Shown here one piece after another: positions 46,872 to 56,946 of a stretch of DNA of 64,000 bases. Origin of the DNA: Acidobacteriota bacterium. GTDB taxonomy: Bacteria > Acidobacteriota > UBA890 > WLXD01. A program made the position numbers and the translations under genes. Below the pieces are notes generated by a model. The model did not search any database, was not told the origin of the DNA, and saw only the letters and a program-made list of their open reading frames with translations. Location of the stretch: the NCBI GenBank assembly GCA_965205505.1, contig CBDBHB010000008.1, forward strand, positions 960,001 to 1,024,000, in the 5' to 3' direction. Numbering within the stretch: position 1 is the first letter of the stretch; each line of letters begins with the position of its first letter.

Positions 46872-48596
46872 GTGGACGATTCTATATCGAAGGCGACCGC
46901 GTCGAAGCTCCGCCGCCGCTGCTTCCTCACCTGCTGCGGCAGTCTCGGGCTCGGCTCGACACTCTTCCCGGGCACGTTGTGGGTCCGTTCGCAGGAGGCC
47001 GAGGAAGCGATCACCAGCGAGATGATCGCAGACGCGGCACGGATCGCCGGCCTGGAGTTCTCCGAAGAGGACCGCGCCGAGATGGTGGAGACCATCAACG
47101 CCAATCTGGCGAGCCTCGAGGAGCTGCGGCAGATTCCCATCGACCAGAACGTCCCGCCGCCCCTGTACTTCAACCCGGCCGTGCCCGGGCTAACGTTCGA
47201 CGACGAGCGCCGCCCCTTCACGCCGAGCGCACCACCCGACGTTGCGCTCCCCACCGCCATCGAAGAGGTCGCCTTTTGGCCGGTCACACATCTGGCGCGC
47301 TTGTTGGAATCGCGCCAAGTGAGCTCGGTAGAGTTGACCCGCATGTACCTCACCCGGTTGCAACACTACGACCCGGTTCTCGAGTGCGTGGTTACGCTGA
47401 CCCGGGAGCTGGCGATGGAGCAAGCCAGACGCGCCGACCGAGAGATCGACGCCGGAATGTACCGTGGCCCGTTGCACGGCATCCCGTGGGGGGTGAAGGA
47501 CCTGTTTGCGAAACGCGGCTACCCGACGACCTGGGGATCGGCAGCCTACCGCGACCAGACGATCGATCTGGATGCCACGGTGATCACGCGCCTCGAGGAG
47601 GCGGGCGCGGTGCTGGTGGCGAAGCTCTCCACCGGTGAGCTCGCCAGGGGCGACCGCTGGTTCGGCGGCCGCACTCGCAACCCGTGGAACACCGAGCAGG
47701 GATCGGGTGGGTCGTCCGCCGGGCCGGCAGCGGCGACTGCCGGCGGGCTGGTCGGCTTCGCCGTGGGCACCGAGACCCTCGGATCGATCGTCGGCCCGTC
47801 GAGAACATGCGGTATCTCGGGGATGCGCCCGACCTTCGGAAGGGTGAGCCGGCACGGCGTCATGCCAGTGAGCTGGAGTCTCGATAAGGCGGGGCCGATG
47901 TGTCGCGCCGTGGAGGACTGCGCCATCGTGTTCCATGCCATCTACGGCCCCGATGGACTCGATCTCGCGGTCGTCGACAGGCCGTTCAACTGGAACGCCG
48001 GACTCCCCGTCGAAACGCTACGAGTCGGCTACTTGCAGGATGCCTTCGAGGCCGAGCCCGGCGGGCCCGACGCGGCGACGGCGCGCGCCAACGACGCCGC
48101 AACGATCGAGACGCTGCGATCGCTGGGCATCCAGCTGCAGCCGGTCAGCCTGCCGGAGCACGCTGGCATGGACGCGCTGCAGATGCTCCTCGTCGACGAG
48201 GCGGCCGCGTTCGACGAGCTCGTGCAGAGCGGCAGGATCGACCTTCTCATCCAGGACCGCGACGAGCCGGAGGACATGCTGATGCGCACCGCCAGGCTGA
48301 CACCGGCGGTGGAGTACATCCAGATGAACCGCCTCCGTATGCTGATGATGCAGGAGATGGCCGCCGCACTGCGCGACATCGACGTCTTCGTCGCCCCCCA
48401 CGGGGGCGGCCCGATCAACAGCGCGACGAACCTGACGGGACACCCGGCCGTCACCGTCGCCAACGGGTTTACCGACGCCGGCACCCCCACGGGGATCCTC
48501 TTTGTGGGAAAGCTGTACGGCGAGGCGGAGATGCTCGCCGTTGCCAGGGAGTATCAGGAAGCCACGGACTTCCACCTCCGGCACCCGCCGCTGTAG
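46872..48596 (+). CDS. Amidase-signature family enzyme
   Basis: GPLHGIPWGVKD, GGSSAG, GTETLGSI, NLTGHPA; RRRCFL Tat-like leader. Confidence 0.93.
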   Translation: MDDSISKATASKLRRRCFLTCCGSLGLGSTLFPGTLWVRSQEAEEAITSEMIADAARIAGLEFSEEDRAEMVETINANLASLEELRQIPIDQNVPPPLYFNPAVPGLTFDDERRPFTPSAPPDVALPTAIEEVAFWPVTHLARLLESRQVSSVELTRMYLTRLQHYDPVLECVVTLTRELAMEQARRADREIDAGMYRGPLHGIPWGVKDLFAKRGYPTTWGSAAYRDQTIDLDATVITRLEEAGAVLVAKLSTGELARGDRWFGGRTRNPWNTEQGSGGSSAGPAAATAGGLVGFAVGTETLGSIVGPSRTCGISGMRPTFGRVSRHGVMPVSWSLDKAGPMCRAVEDCAIVFHAIYGPDGLDLAVVDRPFNWNAGLPVETLRVGYLQDAFEAEPGGPDAATARANDAATIETLRSLGIQLQPVSLPEHAGMDALQMLLVDEAAAFDELVQSGRIDLLIQDRDEPEDMLMRTARLTPAVEYIQMNRLRMLMMQEMAAALRDIDVFVAPHGGGPINSATNLTGHPAVTVANGFTDAGTPTGILFVGKLYGEAEMLAVAREYQEATDFHLRHPPL

Positions 48597-48625
48597 AAAT
48601 CCGGCGCCCGACAGGGTCGCCCGGG

Positions 48626-49003
48626 CTACTCCCGGCCCTTCAGAAGCTTGTCCAGCTCAGCGAAGGGGTTTTGGGTGACCGAAGATCGCTCACCGCGACG
48701 CCGCGCCGTGCCGGAGGATTCCGCGACCGCACGCCGGGAGTGCTCGTTGTCGTGGCACCAGTAACAGAGAAGCTCCCAGTTGCTGCCGTCCGGCGGGTTG
48801 TTGGTGTGATCGTGGTCCTTGTGGTGGACGGTCAGTTCGCTGAGGTTCTTGCTAACGAAATCGCGCCCGCAGCTGCCGCAAACCCAGGGCAGCAACTTCA
48901 GCGCCCGGCCGCGGTAGCTGCTGTCCCACTCGGCCCGCGCACGACGACCTTCGGCAACGATTCGATCGCTTCGACCCCGGTCTGACGGCTTGCTCGGTGC
49001 CAT
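48626..49003 (-). CDS. yajD: YajD family HNH nuclease
   Basis: YR.RALKL.PWVCG.CGR.F, ELTVHHKDHDH.NNPPDGSNWELLC..CHDNEH. Confidence 0.9.
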   Translation of the reverse strand: MAPSKPSDRGRSDRIVAEGRRARAEWDSSYRGRALKLLPWVCGSCGRDFVSKNLSELTVHHKDHDHTNNPPDGSNWELLCYWCHDNEHSRRAVAESSGTARRRGERSSVTQNPFAELDKLLKGRE

Positions 49004-49034
49004 GGCAGCGTTCCTGCGCTCGAGTAACTCGTGC

Positions 49035-49313
49035 CTAGCAGGCCGTGGTGAAAGTGTGGTGGGTCTGGTTACGGCGAGTTGGGGCCAGATGCAAGGCGGC
49101 CTGACACAGGCGATGCCCTAGCCATCGTCGAGGAAGGCCAACGCCGCAAATGGCCCCAAATCGCCGTAACCCTTCGGGCGACAGGGGGTTGCGCGCGTAT
49201 GCTGCGTCGTTCCTCGTCAACGATGCGGTACCCATCGCCTCCTCCTCTCTCCTTGCCTCCACTTCGCAACACCCTGTCGCCAGACCCACCACACTTTCAC
49301 CACGGCCTACTAG
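49035..49313. mobile_element. Complete type-A miniature inverted-repeat element (279 bp including both CTAG)
   Basis: 30-bp TIRs (29/30 complementary), CTAG on both sides, two long internal hairpins joined by CCCTTCGGG. Confidence 0.92.
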
Positions 49314-49437
49314 CTTGCCACACGAGTTCAGACTGGTGACCGTTGAGGCCGTTTCCTCCCGGCCCGGCCTTCCCGTCCGCCCCTGCGGGCCCTGTAGTTT
49401 TATCTCGCGCGCCCTGGCGATAGGCTGCATCGAGCGG

Positions 49438-51126
49438 ATGATGGAAATGACGACCCCCACCAGATTGCTGACGACCGTAACTCGTGCGATACCGCCGCCG
49501 GCGAGTAGGGCTATTGAACCCTTGTCGAAAACCGGCCGTCTCGTTGCCTGCTTGCTGTTCGTATCGTTGAACGTTGCCGTGATGGGCTCATGCGGCACCA
49601 CCGAGGGCCGGATACCGCGTCTCCGGCTCGAGGGACCGATCCCCAATACCGCAGACTCGCACACGTGGAACGGCGCCATGTGGCAGCGGCTGCCAATCGA
49701 CCTGGCCGAGTACCGCTATGTCGAGGAGGAGTACTACGTATCGGGCGGTGCTCACGTCTACGACTGGGTCCCGGACAGCGACTTCGACTTGGTGGTCTTC
49801 GACCCTGCGACCAAGAACTGGCTCCCCTACGAGGACAGGGACCTGCTCGAAGCCACCGAGTACACCACCAGAATCATGGTTCGTCGCCCGCAGAACATGA
49901 CGGAGTTCAGTGGTCGGGTCGTCGTCGAGATCATCAACATGAGCGCCGGCTACGACTGGACGGCGATCTGGGCGGCGCTGTGGGAACAGATCTTGAAGCA
50001 AGGAGACGTGTACGTCGGCGTCACCAGCAAGCCGAACGTCTTTCCCGGCATGGTCGAGTTCGACGCAGGCCGGTACGGGCGCCTGTCGATGCCCAACCCC
50101 CTACCCCCGGATGAGCAGGCCTGCGGCATGCTGCCGGGAGAGCCCGGCTACGACCCGAATCTCTCAAAGCTTTCGGAAAACGGGTTGTCATGGGACATCT
50201 TCACCCAGATCGGTACACTACTGAAGTCGAATGCCCCTCACAACCCGCTCGGGCAGGCCGCCGAACGCCTATACCTCACGGGCGAGTCGCAGTCGGGGTC
50301 GTACCTGTCTCGGTATTTCCGCTGGTTCCACCAGCGCGCCAACCTGCCCGACGGCAAGCCCGTCTACGACGGCTACCTGGCGGAAGCTGGGGGGACCACT
50401 ACAGCCCGCAGCGGCGGCCTCCATCAATGCGGGCCAGAGGTCAATCCGCTTCCCGACGATGATCCGCAGTGGAGCATTCCGGGGCGCCGTGTCCCCTATT
50501 TCGTCGTGCTCTCCGAATGGGACTTTCCGCTTGCCAACCGTAGTCCTTTCGCTTCAGCCCGCAGGCCAAATGCCAATACCGCAGACGACCAGTTCATGTT
50601 GTGGGAGCTAACCGGTGCCAGTCATGGCTGGACGTGGCAATACAACTATAGCGACGCCGCGCGGGACGATGTGGCAGCGGCTGGCTTCGGCGCCTACGAC
50701 TTCGTTTGTGATTCGAATCAGCCAGAGATCAACCTCTATATGGTCGAGAAGGCCGCCTACGTGTTGCTTGATCGTTGGGTTACCTCGGGCGTCGCTCCCC
50801 CAAACGCCGACTACATCCAGACAAGCGGTTCCGCGAACGCCCCGGGCCCGTCGCGCGACGAGTACGGCAATGCCATCGGCGGCCTGCGCATGCCGGAGAT
50901 TACTGTCCCGATTGCGAGCTACCGAGGAAACTACGTGCCGGCGCCGGACTGCAGAGACACGATCCTGCCATTCGATCAGGCCACCATCGACAAGCTCTAT
51001 CCGACGCGCGGCGACTATCTAAAGCAGTTCGAGGCGGCCACGAGAGCATTGGTCACAGAAGGCTTCCTCCTTCAGGAAGACGCCCTCAAGCTCATCAAAG
51101 CGGCGGAGCGAAGGGACATCCCTTGA
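49438..51126 (+). CDS. Alpha/beta hydrolase domain lipoprotein
   Basis: YVEEEYYVSG, YTTRIMVRRP..FSGRVVVE, GESQSG, GASH, RDEYGNAIGGLRMPEI.VP, EGFLL.ED. Start uncertain. Confidence 0.85.
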   Translation: MMEMTTPTRLLTTVTRAIPPPASRAIEPLSKTGRLVACLLFVSLNVAVMGSCGTTEGRIPRLRLEGPIPNTADSHTWNGAMWQRLPIDLAEYRYVEEEYYVSGGAHVYDWVPDSDFDLVVFDPATKNWLPYEDRDLLEATEYTTRIMVRRPQNMTEFSGRVVVEIINMSAGYDWTAIWAALWEQILKQGDVYVGVTSKPNVFPGMVEFDAGRYGRLSMPNPLPPDEQACGMLPGEPGYDPNLSKLSENGLSWDIFTQIGTLLKSNAPHNPLGQAAERLYLTGESQSGSYLSRYFRWFHQRANLPDGKPVYDGYLAEAGGTTTARSGGLHQCGPEVNPLPDDDPQWSIPGRRVPYFVVLSEWDFPLANRSPFASARRPNANTADDQFMLWELTGASHGWTWQYNYSDAARDDVAAAGFGAYDFVCDSNQPEINLYMVEKAAYVLLDRWVTSGVAPPNADYIQTSGSANAPGPSRDEYGNAIGGLRMPEITVPIASYRGNYVPAPDCRDTILPFDQATIDKLYPTRGDYLKQFEAATRALVTEGFLLQEDALKLIKAAERRDIP

Positions 51127-51764
51127 GCAGCGCGGCTATCGCATTCGCTTGGGCCGTGGCCGTCGGTACCGCGGCGGCCAGTGCCGCAGCAATACCCATG
51201 GCGCAGAATCCGCAGCAGATCTTCGACCGTGCCGTCGACGACTTCCGCGCCGGGCGCATCAGCGAATCGGCGGCCGGATTCGACCGGCTGGCCGAGTTGC
51301 TTCCCAACTACGCACCTCAGCTCTGGCAGAGGGGCGTCGCCCTCTATTACGCAGGGCGCTACCAAGACTGCCGCGAGCAGTTCGAAGCGCACCGCACCGT
51401 CAATCCGAACGACGTCGAGAACGCCGCTTGGCACTTCCTCTGCGTCGCCCGCGCCGAGACCCTGGAGGCAGCGCGCGCCGCCCTGCTGCCCGTGGGGCCC
51501 GACCGGCGGACACCAATGACGGAGATCTACGGGATGTTTCGCGGCGACCTCGCCCCCGAGGAGGTACTCGCAGCTGCCGGCGGCCGGTCCTCGGCCCAAT
51601 TCTACGCCCACCTCTACTTGGGTCTGTACTTCGAGGCATCGGGACACGACGAAGCGGCATTCGAGCACATCGCTGCCGCCGCCGATGAGCAATATGCCAG
51701 GATGGGCGGCTACATGTACATGGTCGCCAGCGTGCACCTTGGCGGCTTGCAGCGGCACGACTAG
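51123..51764 (+). CDS. TPR-repeat exported protein
   Basis: PQLWQRGVALYYAGRY, QFEAHRTVNPNDVENAAWHFLC, FYAHLYLGLY; TTGA overlap with the upstream stop. Confidence 0.85.
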   Translation: MSSAAIAFAWAVAVGTAAASAAAIPMAQNPQQIFDRAVDDFRAGRISESAAGFDRLAELLPNYAPQLWQRGVALYYAGRYQDCREQFEAHRTVNPNDVENAAWHFLCVARAETLEAARAALLPVGPDRRTPMTEIYGMFRGDLAPEEVLAAAGGRSSAQFYAHLYLGLYFEASGHDEAAFEHIAAAADEQYARMGGYMYMVASVHLGGLQRHD

Positions 51765-51781
51765 TGCTAGCAGGGTGCTAG
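51761..51781. repeat. Minimal type-B footprint between convergent genes
   Basis: CTAGTG CTAG CAGGGTG CTAG: three CTAG in 21 bp, containing the first bases of the type-B TIR. Confidence 0.55.
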
Positions 51782-51784
51782 AGA

Positions 51785-54095
51785 TCACGCTGGGCGCAGG
51801 TGCTCCAAGAAGTAGTCCTTCACCGCGTCACGCCAGTAGCGCGCGCTCGCTCCCGACAGACGGTGGCTCTGCTCCGGCAGGATGAGCAGGTCACTTCTTG
51901 CCCGCACGAGTAAAAGCCTCGATCATCCGCATGGTGTGGGCGAAGGGCGTGTTGACATCGCTGGTGCCGATCGTCAACAGCACCTTTCCCTGCAGATTCT
52001 CGGCAAGACGGAGGTTGGAGGCATAGTCCCAGGCCTCCCGGTTGTTCTGCGGCAGTCCGAGATACGGCTCGCTGGGCTCCGGCGATCCAGCCAGATCTAC
52101 CACCGGCGACGAGGAGACCCCGACATGAAAGACTTCCGGCGCCGTCAGCATTGCCCGCAGCGTGAAGTAGCCCCCCCAAGAGTAGCCATGTACCCCGACA
52201 CGCCCCATGTCGATGTAGGGCCGACGCTCCGCCAGTTGGCGTAACGCGGCGACATGATCGGGGATCTCATGACGCCCGATGTTCTGGTAGACGACGTCCT
52301 GAAAGTCCTTGCCTCGCAACGGTGTGCCGCGGGCATCGACGACGAAAGTGAGATAACCGAACTGCGCCATTGCCTGAGCGAAAACAGCTCGCCTGCTGCT
52401 CGTGAACGTGCGGGGCACGACGGCGCTCTGCGACCCGGCGTAGATGAAGTCGATGATCGGATAGCTGCGACCCGGATCAAAGTCGTAGGGCTTGTAGAGC
52501 AGCCCCCACAGGTCGGTCTCGCCGTCGGCTGCCTTGACGACGAACTCCTCAGGCGGTGTCCACTGCAACGCTTCGAGCGCCGATACGTCGGCGGTCGAGA
52601 GCACCTGCAGTAGCTCTCCATCGGCCTGCCTCAACTCCACCGCAGGGGGTCTGCCGACCGAGGAGTGTGTGTCGACAAAATGGGTCGCCGCCGGGGCAAA
52701 CGCGATCTGGTGCCGGCCAACACCCTCCGTCAGACGCCGCCAACCAGCGCCCTCGAAGTCGATTCGATAGAGGTGATCGTCATACGGCCGGTCACGTTCC
52801 GCCTACGCCATGAAGTAGATCCAGCCGGCGTCGTGGTCGACTGCCACCACTCTGTTGACCGGAAACTCGCCGTGGGTGAGGCGCCGTACGAGGGTGCCGT
52901 CGAGCCCATACAAGTAGAGGTGTGTCCAGCCGTCACGCTCCGACAACCAGAGAAAGCGCCCATCTTCGAGCAGCGTCAGAAAGTTGTCGGCGACACCGTA
53001 GAAGCGAAGCCCCTCGACGTAGGTTTCCTGCTCCTCCGTTACGACGACTCGACTTGTTCCCGTGCTCGGGTCGGCGGCCATCAGGTCCATCCGTTTCATC
53101 AGCCGATCCAGTCGAAGGAAGAAAACCTCTTTGCCGGTTGGCCCCCAGCCGATCAGATGGAATATCTGATCCGGATCATCGCCGACGTCGATCTCCACTT
53201 GTTGCGTCGAATAGATGTCCACGATGAACAATCGATTCTGTGGTTGGCTGGCACCGGCCAGCGGATACAGCTGCCACTCGACCTCCTCCTCGCCCGGCTT
53301 GAGCCAATGGACGATAGGCATTCGGTGCGCTCCACGAGAATCCACCCGACGCGTCAAGAGATTGCTACCGTCGGGCGACCACTTGGTATCCCAGGTGCTC
53401 CAACCGTCGAGCTCCTCCCCATCACTGGTGAGCTCGACCAGCCGCCCATCCTCGGTGGAACGCAGCCAGAGGTTGTCGTCCTGATCGCGGACAAACCAAC
53501 TTCCATCGGGTGAGCGCAGCTCGTAGAGGTCCGGTTCCGTGCTCGGGAACGCTCGTCGCACCAGCTGTGGCGTGAGGCGCTCTCGTTCGGCCCGCGAGTC
53601 GACCGGCAATGCCTCGATCTCGTAGGTGGCGAGCCGGATTTCGAACTCGCGGTCCTCAACCACGAACCTGGCCGCCCGCTCGTCGTCTAGGAACGTGAAG
53701 CTGTCGAAGGGCAAGCCCTCGTAGGGTGGCTCGTGCCCGAGCGGTAGCGTCAACGCCCGTCGCAAACGGTCGACGTCGAAGAGCGGCGCCTTCTGGTTGG
53801 CTACCGGGTCGACCTTGAAGATCATCGTCCTTTCCGGCATTCCCTCGGCGTACCAAAATCCGCTGCCATCGGCGAGCCAATGCGGTCGCGCCGAAGCGCC
53901 CTTCACGAGCGATGGAAACTCCAGGTAACGCTCGTACATCTCCTGCCGCGACCCAGGCTCGGGCGTCGACACCACCTGCGAGGTGGCCAGCTCGGTGTGC
54001 GTGGCATACAGCGTTTGCGATCCGAGCCCGGCCACGGCAACGAGCAACCCGATCACCAAAGGCCGATCACGAGCCTTCATCGATAGTTCCATCAT
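51785..54095 (-). pseudogene. S9B dipeptidyl-peptidase IV-like protein with nonsense and frameshift lesions
   Basis: WSPDG, SERDGWTHLY, GYSWGG, GTSDVN. In-frame TAG at 52803; frameshift near 51893 puts the QSH His in another frame. Confidence 0.88.
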
Positions 54096-54151
54096 CCCTC
54101 CTGCGCCCGCTGCGGGCGATTCTCTGCGTGCCGCACAAGAACGCCAGGACA

Positions 54152-54171
54152 CTAGCAGGTCGCGGTGGAAG
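54152..54171 (+). repeat. Degenerate orphan type-A element end
   Basis: CTAG CAGGTCGCGGTGGAAG, 13/16 match to the TIR start. Confidence 0.5.
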
Positions 54172-54436
54172 AAGCGGTGTTCCGCCAAAGGCCTTTCTTC
54201 CTGCCTACACGGCATTGTTCGCCCTGGCACGGCGGCGTTCGACTGGGCGGCGGCAGAGCCACGGGTTGCGCCTCGGTGGCGAGCCGGTTGCCAGCCGGGC
54301 ACCGATGCCTTAGCATCCGGCCACCTCGACAAAGAGGTGGCCTAAGCGGCCTCCCGGCGCTCGCCCTCCGCTGTGTACGACCCATCCGGGCCGTCAGACA
54401 GCCAGAGCCAGCCGTCGCTCTGAACGGAGGGATGAC

Positions 54437-56059
54437 GTGCAGCGACTTCGAATCGGCGTTCTGGATCTCGTAGCGCGAGCGCCCACCAAGGCCCTCTGGG
54501 CCCGGGTAATGAACGCCAACCTCGCGAGCGTCATGCCGCAGGTGATCGCGGTCTGGTGCGAGGATGCCGGCCACGACGTCAAGCTGGTCTGCTACACGGG
54601 GGCAGAGGACCTCCTCGAGGAGCTTCCCGAGGACATCGACCTGCTGTTCATCGGTGCGTTTTCACAGGCGGCGCAGCTTTCGTACGCGCTCAGCAACCTC
54701 TTCCGCAGCCGTGGCGTGGTGACGGTTCTCGGCGGCCCACACGCGCGCTGTTATCCGGATGACGCGCGCCGCTACTTCGACTACGTGGTCGGATTCACCG
54801 ATCGCGAGATCGTCGGCGAGATCCTCTCCGATTGTCAGCCGCACCGACCGCTGGGCGTGCACCTGGCGGCGAGGACACAACCGCAGGAGCTTCCGAGCGT
54901 TCGGCAGCGCTGGAAATACATCGAACCGACGCTGCGCCACGTGCCAACAAGCATCAAGATGGTGCCCATGCTCGGCAGCGTCGGGTGTCCCTACACCTGC
55001 AGCTTCTGCATCGACGCCGAGGTCGACTACCAGCCGCTCGACTACGAGCAGATCCGCGACGACTTGCGCTTTCTCGTCAAGGTAATGCCCAACCCCACCG
55101 TCGGCTGGCACGACCCGAACTTCGGCGTGCGTTTCGACGACTACTTGACCACCATCGAGGAAGCGGTGCCCCCGGGCAGCATCCGATTCGCCGCCGAGAG
55201 CAGCCTGTCGCTGCTCTCGGAGCCGAATGTGCGGCGCCTACGCAATGCCGGCTTCAAGGGCCTGTTGCCGGGCATCGAGTCTTGGTACGACCTCGGCGGC
55301 AAATCGCGTACCGGGCTCAAGTTCGGGGCCGACAAGGTCCGGCAGGTATCTGAGCACGTGAACATGATCTTCGACTACATCCCCTACATTCAGACCAACT
55401 TCGTGCTCGGCCTCGACTGTGACGAAGGGGCAGAGCCCTTCGATCTCACCAAGAGCTTCATCGATCGGACGCCGGCTACGTTTCCCGGCTATTCGCTCTT
55501 GTCTGCGTTCGGCGAAGCGGCGCCGCTGAACCTCGAGCTGCAGCGGGCCGGACGCGTGCTCCCGTTCCCCTTCCACTTCCTGAACAACAACCATGCGATG
55601 AACGTCAAGCCGAAGAACTACGGGTGGGGCGAGTTCTACGACCGTGTCATCGACTTGACCCGCTACACGTTCTCGCCGCGGCGGATCATGCGGCGTGCCC
55701 GGGCCTCACAACGCGGCTTCGCGACCTGGCTCAACGTGGTGCGCGCGATCTCGTCGGAGGGTTACGGCCGCATCCGCTACTACACGGAGCTACGGCGGCG
55801 ACTGCGGGAGGATAGGCCGCTGAGACGCTACTACGAGCGCGAGACCGACGAGCTCCCGGAGTTCTTCGTAAACCGTATCCGCAACGACCTGGGCCCGCTC
55901 TGGGAATACCTGCCCTCTGGGGCACTCGATCACGAGCCCAACGCCTACCTGCAGAAGACCAGCGGTACTGGGCTCGGCGCTAAGGCTGTAGCGCCGGCCT
56001 TGGCAAATTCGTTGATAGCTCCGCCCGGACAACCGCAAGCACCGGCAAGCAACCCCTAG
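54437..56059 (+). CDS. B12-binding-domain/radical SAM protein
   Basis: VLGGPHA (cobalamin-domain-like), GCPYTCSFC (CxxxCxxC), PGIES, NFVLGLD; GGAGGG RBS. Confidence 0.9.
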   Translation: MQRLRIGVLDLVARAPTKALWARVMNANLASVMPQVIAVWCEDAGHDVKLVCYTGAEDLLEELPEDIDLLFIGAFSQAAQLSYALSNLFRSRGVVTVLGGPHARCYPDDARRYFDYVVGFTDREIVGEILSDCQPHRPLGVHLAARTQPQELPSVRQRWKYIEPTLRHVPTSIKMVPMLGSVGCPYTCSFCIDAEVDYQPLDYEQIRDDLRFLVKVMPNPTVGWHDPNFGVRFDDYLTTIEEAVPPGSIRFAAESSLSLLSEPNVRRLRNAGFKGLLPGIESWYDLGGKSRTGLKFGADKVRQVSEHVNMIFDYIPYIQTNFVLGLDCDEGAEPFDLTKSFIDRTPATFPGYSLLSAFGEAAPLNLELQRAGRVLPFPFHFLNNNHAMNVKPKNYGWGEFYDRVIDLTRYTFSPRRIMRRARASQRGFATWLNVVRAISSEGYGRIRYYTELRRRLREDRPLRRYYERETDELPEFFVNRIRNDLGPLWEYLPSGALDHEPNAYLQKTSGTGLGAKAVAPALANSLIAPPGQPQAPASNP

Positions 56060-56946
56060 CAGGGTGCCCGTAGCTCGGTGTCGAGCAGATCCTCCAACAG
56101 CTTCACCACATGCAGCTCGCCCTGCTCGCCGCCGTACTGGGATTTGGCACGGAGGAAGACCTGCTCGACCAACGTTCCAAGCTCCAGCGGCACATCCAAC
56201 TCACGGCCGAGGTCACTGATCAGGTGGAGGTCCTTACAGCACAGATTGAGGGTGAACGACGGGTCGTAGTCGCCTCGAAATAGCGCCGGAACGTCGTGTT
56301 CAGCCACCCAGCTGTTGCCGGCGCTCGACTTGATGATCTCCCATACCGTCGGTAATCCGATGCCAGCCTTGGCACCCAGCATCAACCCTTCGCCAATCGC
56401 CACCGCATTGATGAACCACAGCAGGTTGGTCAACAGCTTGGCCGCCAGCCCGGTACCCAGCGGGCCGGCATAGAAGATTTTCTCCCCCATTGCTTCAAAC
56501 ACCGGTAGCTGTCGCTCGAAAACCTCCCGTTCTCCGCCGACAAAGTAGACCGATCGACCAGCCTGGGCGCCATCCACCGCCCCGGTGACCGGGGCATCCA
56601 GAGTGTCCACTCCCCGCTCGGCGGCCAGAGCGGCCAGGCGCTTCAACAGCTTGGGCGAGTTGGTGCTCAGATCAATCCAGGTGCTGCCTGAGCGCGCGCC
56701 GGCCAGAACTCCTTCGTCGCCGAGCATCACCGCTTCGACCTGCGGCGGGCCGGGGAGCGAACAGAGAATCGTATCCGCGGATTGGGCCAGCTCGCGTGGA
56801 CTGTCGGCCCACTTCGCGCCGCCCGCCAGCAGATTATCAGCGGCTGACTGGCTTAGGTCATGCACCGTCAACGCGAAGCCGGCCCTGATCAAGTTGGCCG
56901 CCATGGGGTTGCCCATATTCCCCAGGCCAATGAACCCAATCGTCAT
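56056..56946 (-). CDS. NAD(P)-dependent 3-hydroxyisobutyrate/tartronate semialdehyde dehydrogenase family
   Basis: IGFIGLGNMG, DAPVTG, KLLTN, F.L.L..KDL. Ends GCACCCTGCTAG (type-B end) and shares CTAG with the convergent stop. Confidence 0.92.
   Translation of the reverse strand: MTIGFIGLGNMGNPMAANLIRAGFALTVHDLSQSAADNLLAGGAKWADSPRELAQSADTILCSLPGPPQVEAVMLGDEGVLAGARSGSTWIDLSTNSPKLLKRLAALAAERGVDTLDAPVTGAVDGAQAGRSVYFVGGEREVFERQLPVFEAMGEKIFYAGPLGTGLAAKLLTNLLWFINAVAIGEGLMLGAKAGIGLPTVWEIIKSSAGNSWVAEHDVPALFRGDYDPSFTLNLCCKDLHLISDLGRELDVPLELGTLVEQVFLRAKSQYGGEQGELHVVKLLEDLLDTELRAPC

Noticed and set aside
48626-49003. HNH nuclease as the mobiliser of the adjacent element
   Set aside because: It is a typical stand-alone YajD lying outside the TIRs, and TIR plus CTAG ends point to a DDE transposase encoded elsewhere.
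49067-49171. Internal hairpin as an integron attC site
   Set aside because: The GTT and AAC boxes are in the opposite order to attC (RYYYAAC..GTTRRRY), the hairpin is enclosed by TIRs, and there is no integrase or cassette-array spacing.
1282-49313. The ~30-bp repeats as a CRISPR array
   Set aside because: Copies are kilobases apart, in both orientations, paired as TIRs, with no regular spacers and no cas genes.
20829-52805. Two in-frame TAG codons as amber recoding or pyrrolysine
   Set aside because: TAG is the normal stop of many intact genes here, the S9 gene also has a frameshift, an in-frame TAA occurs at 43427, and there are no pyl genes.
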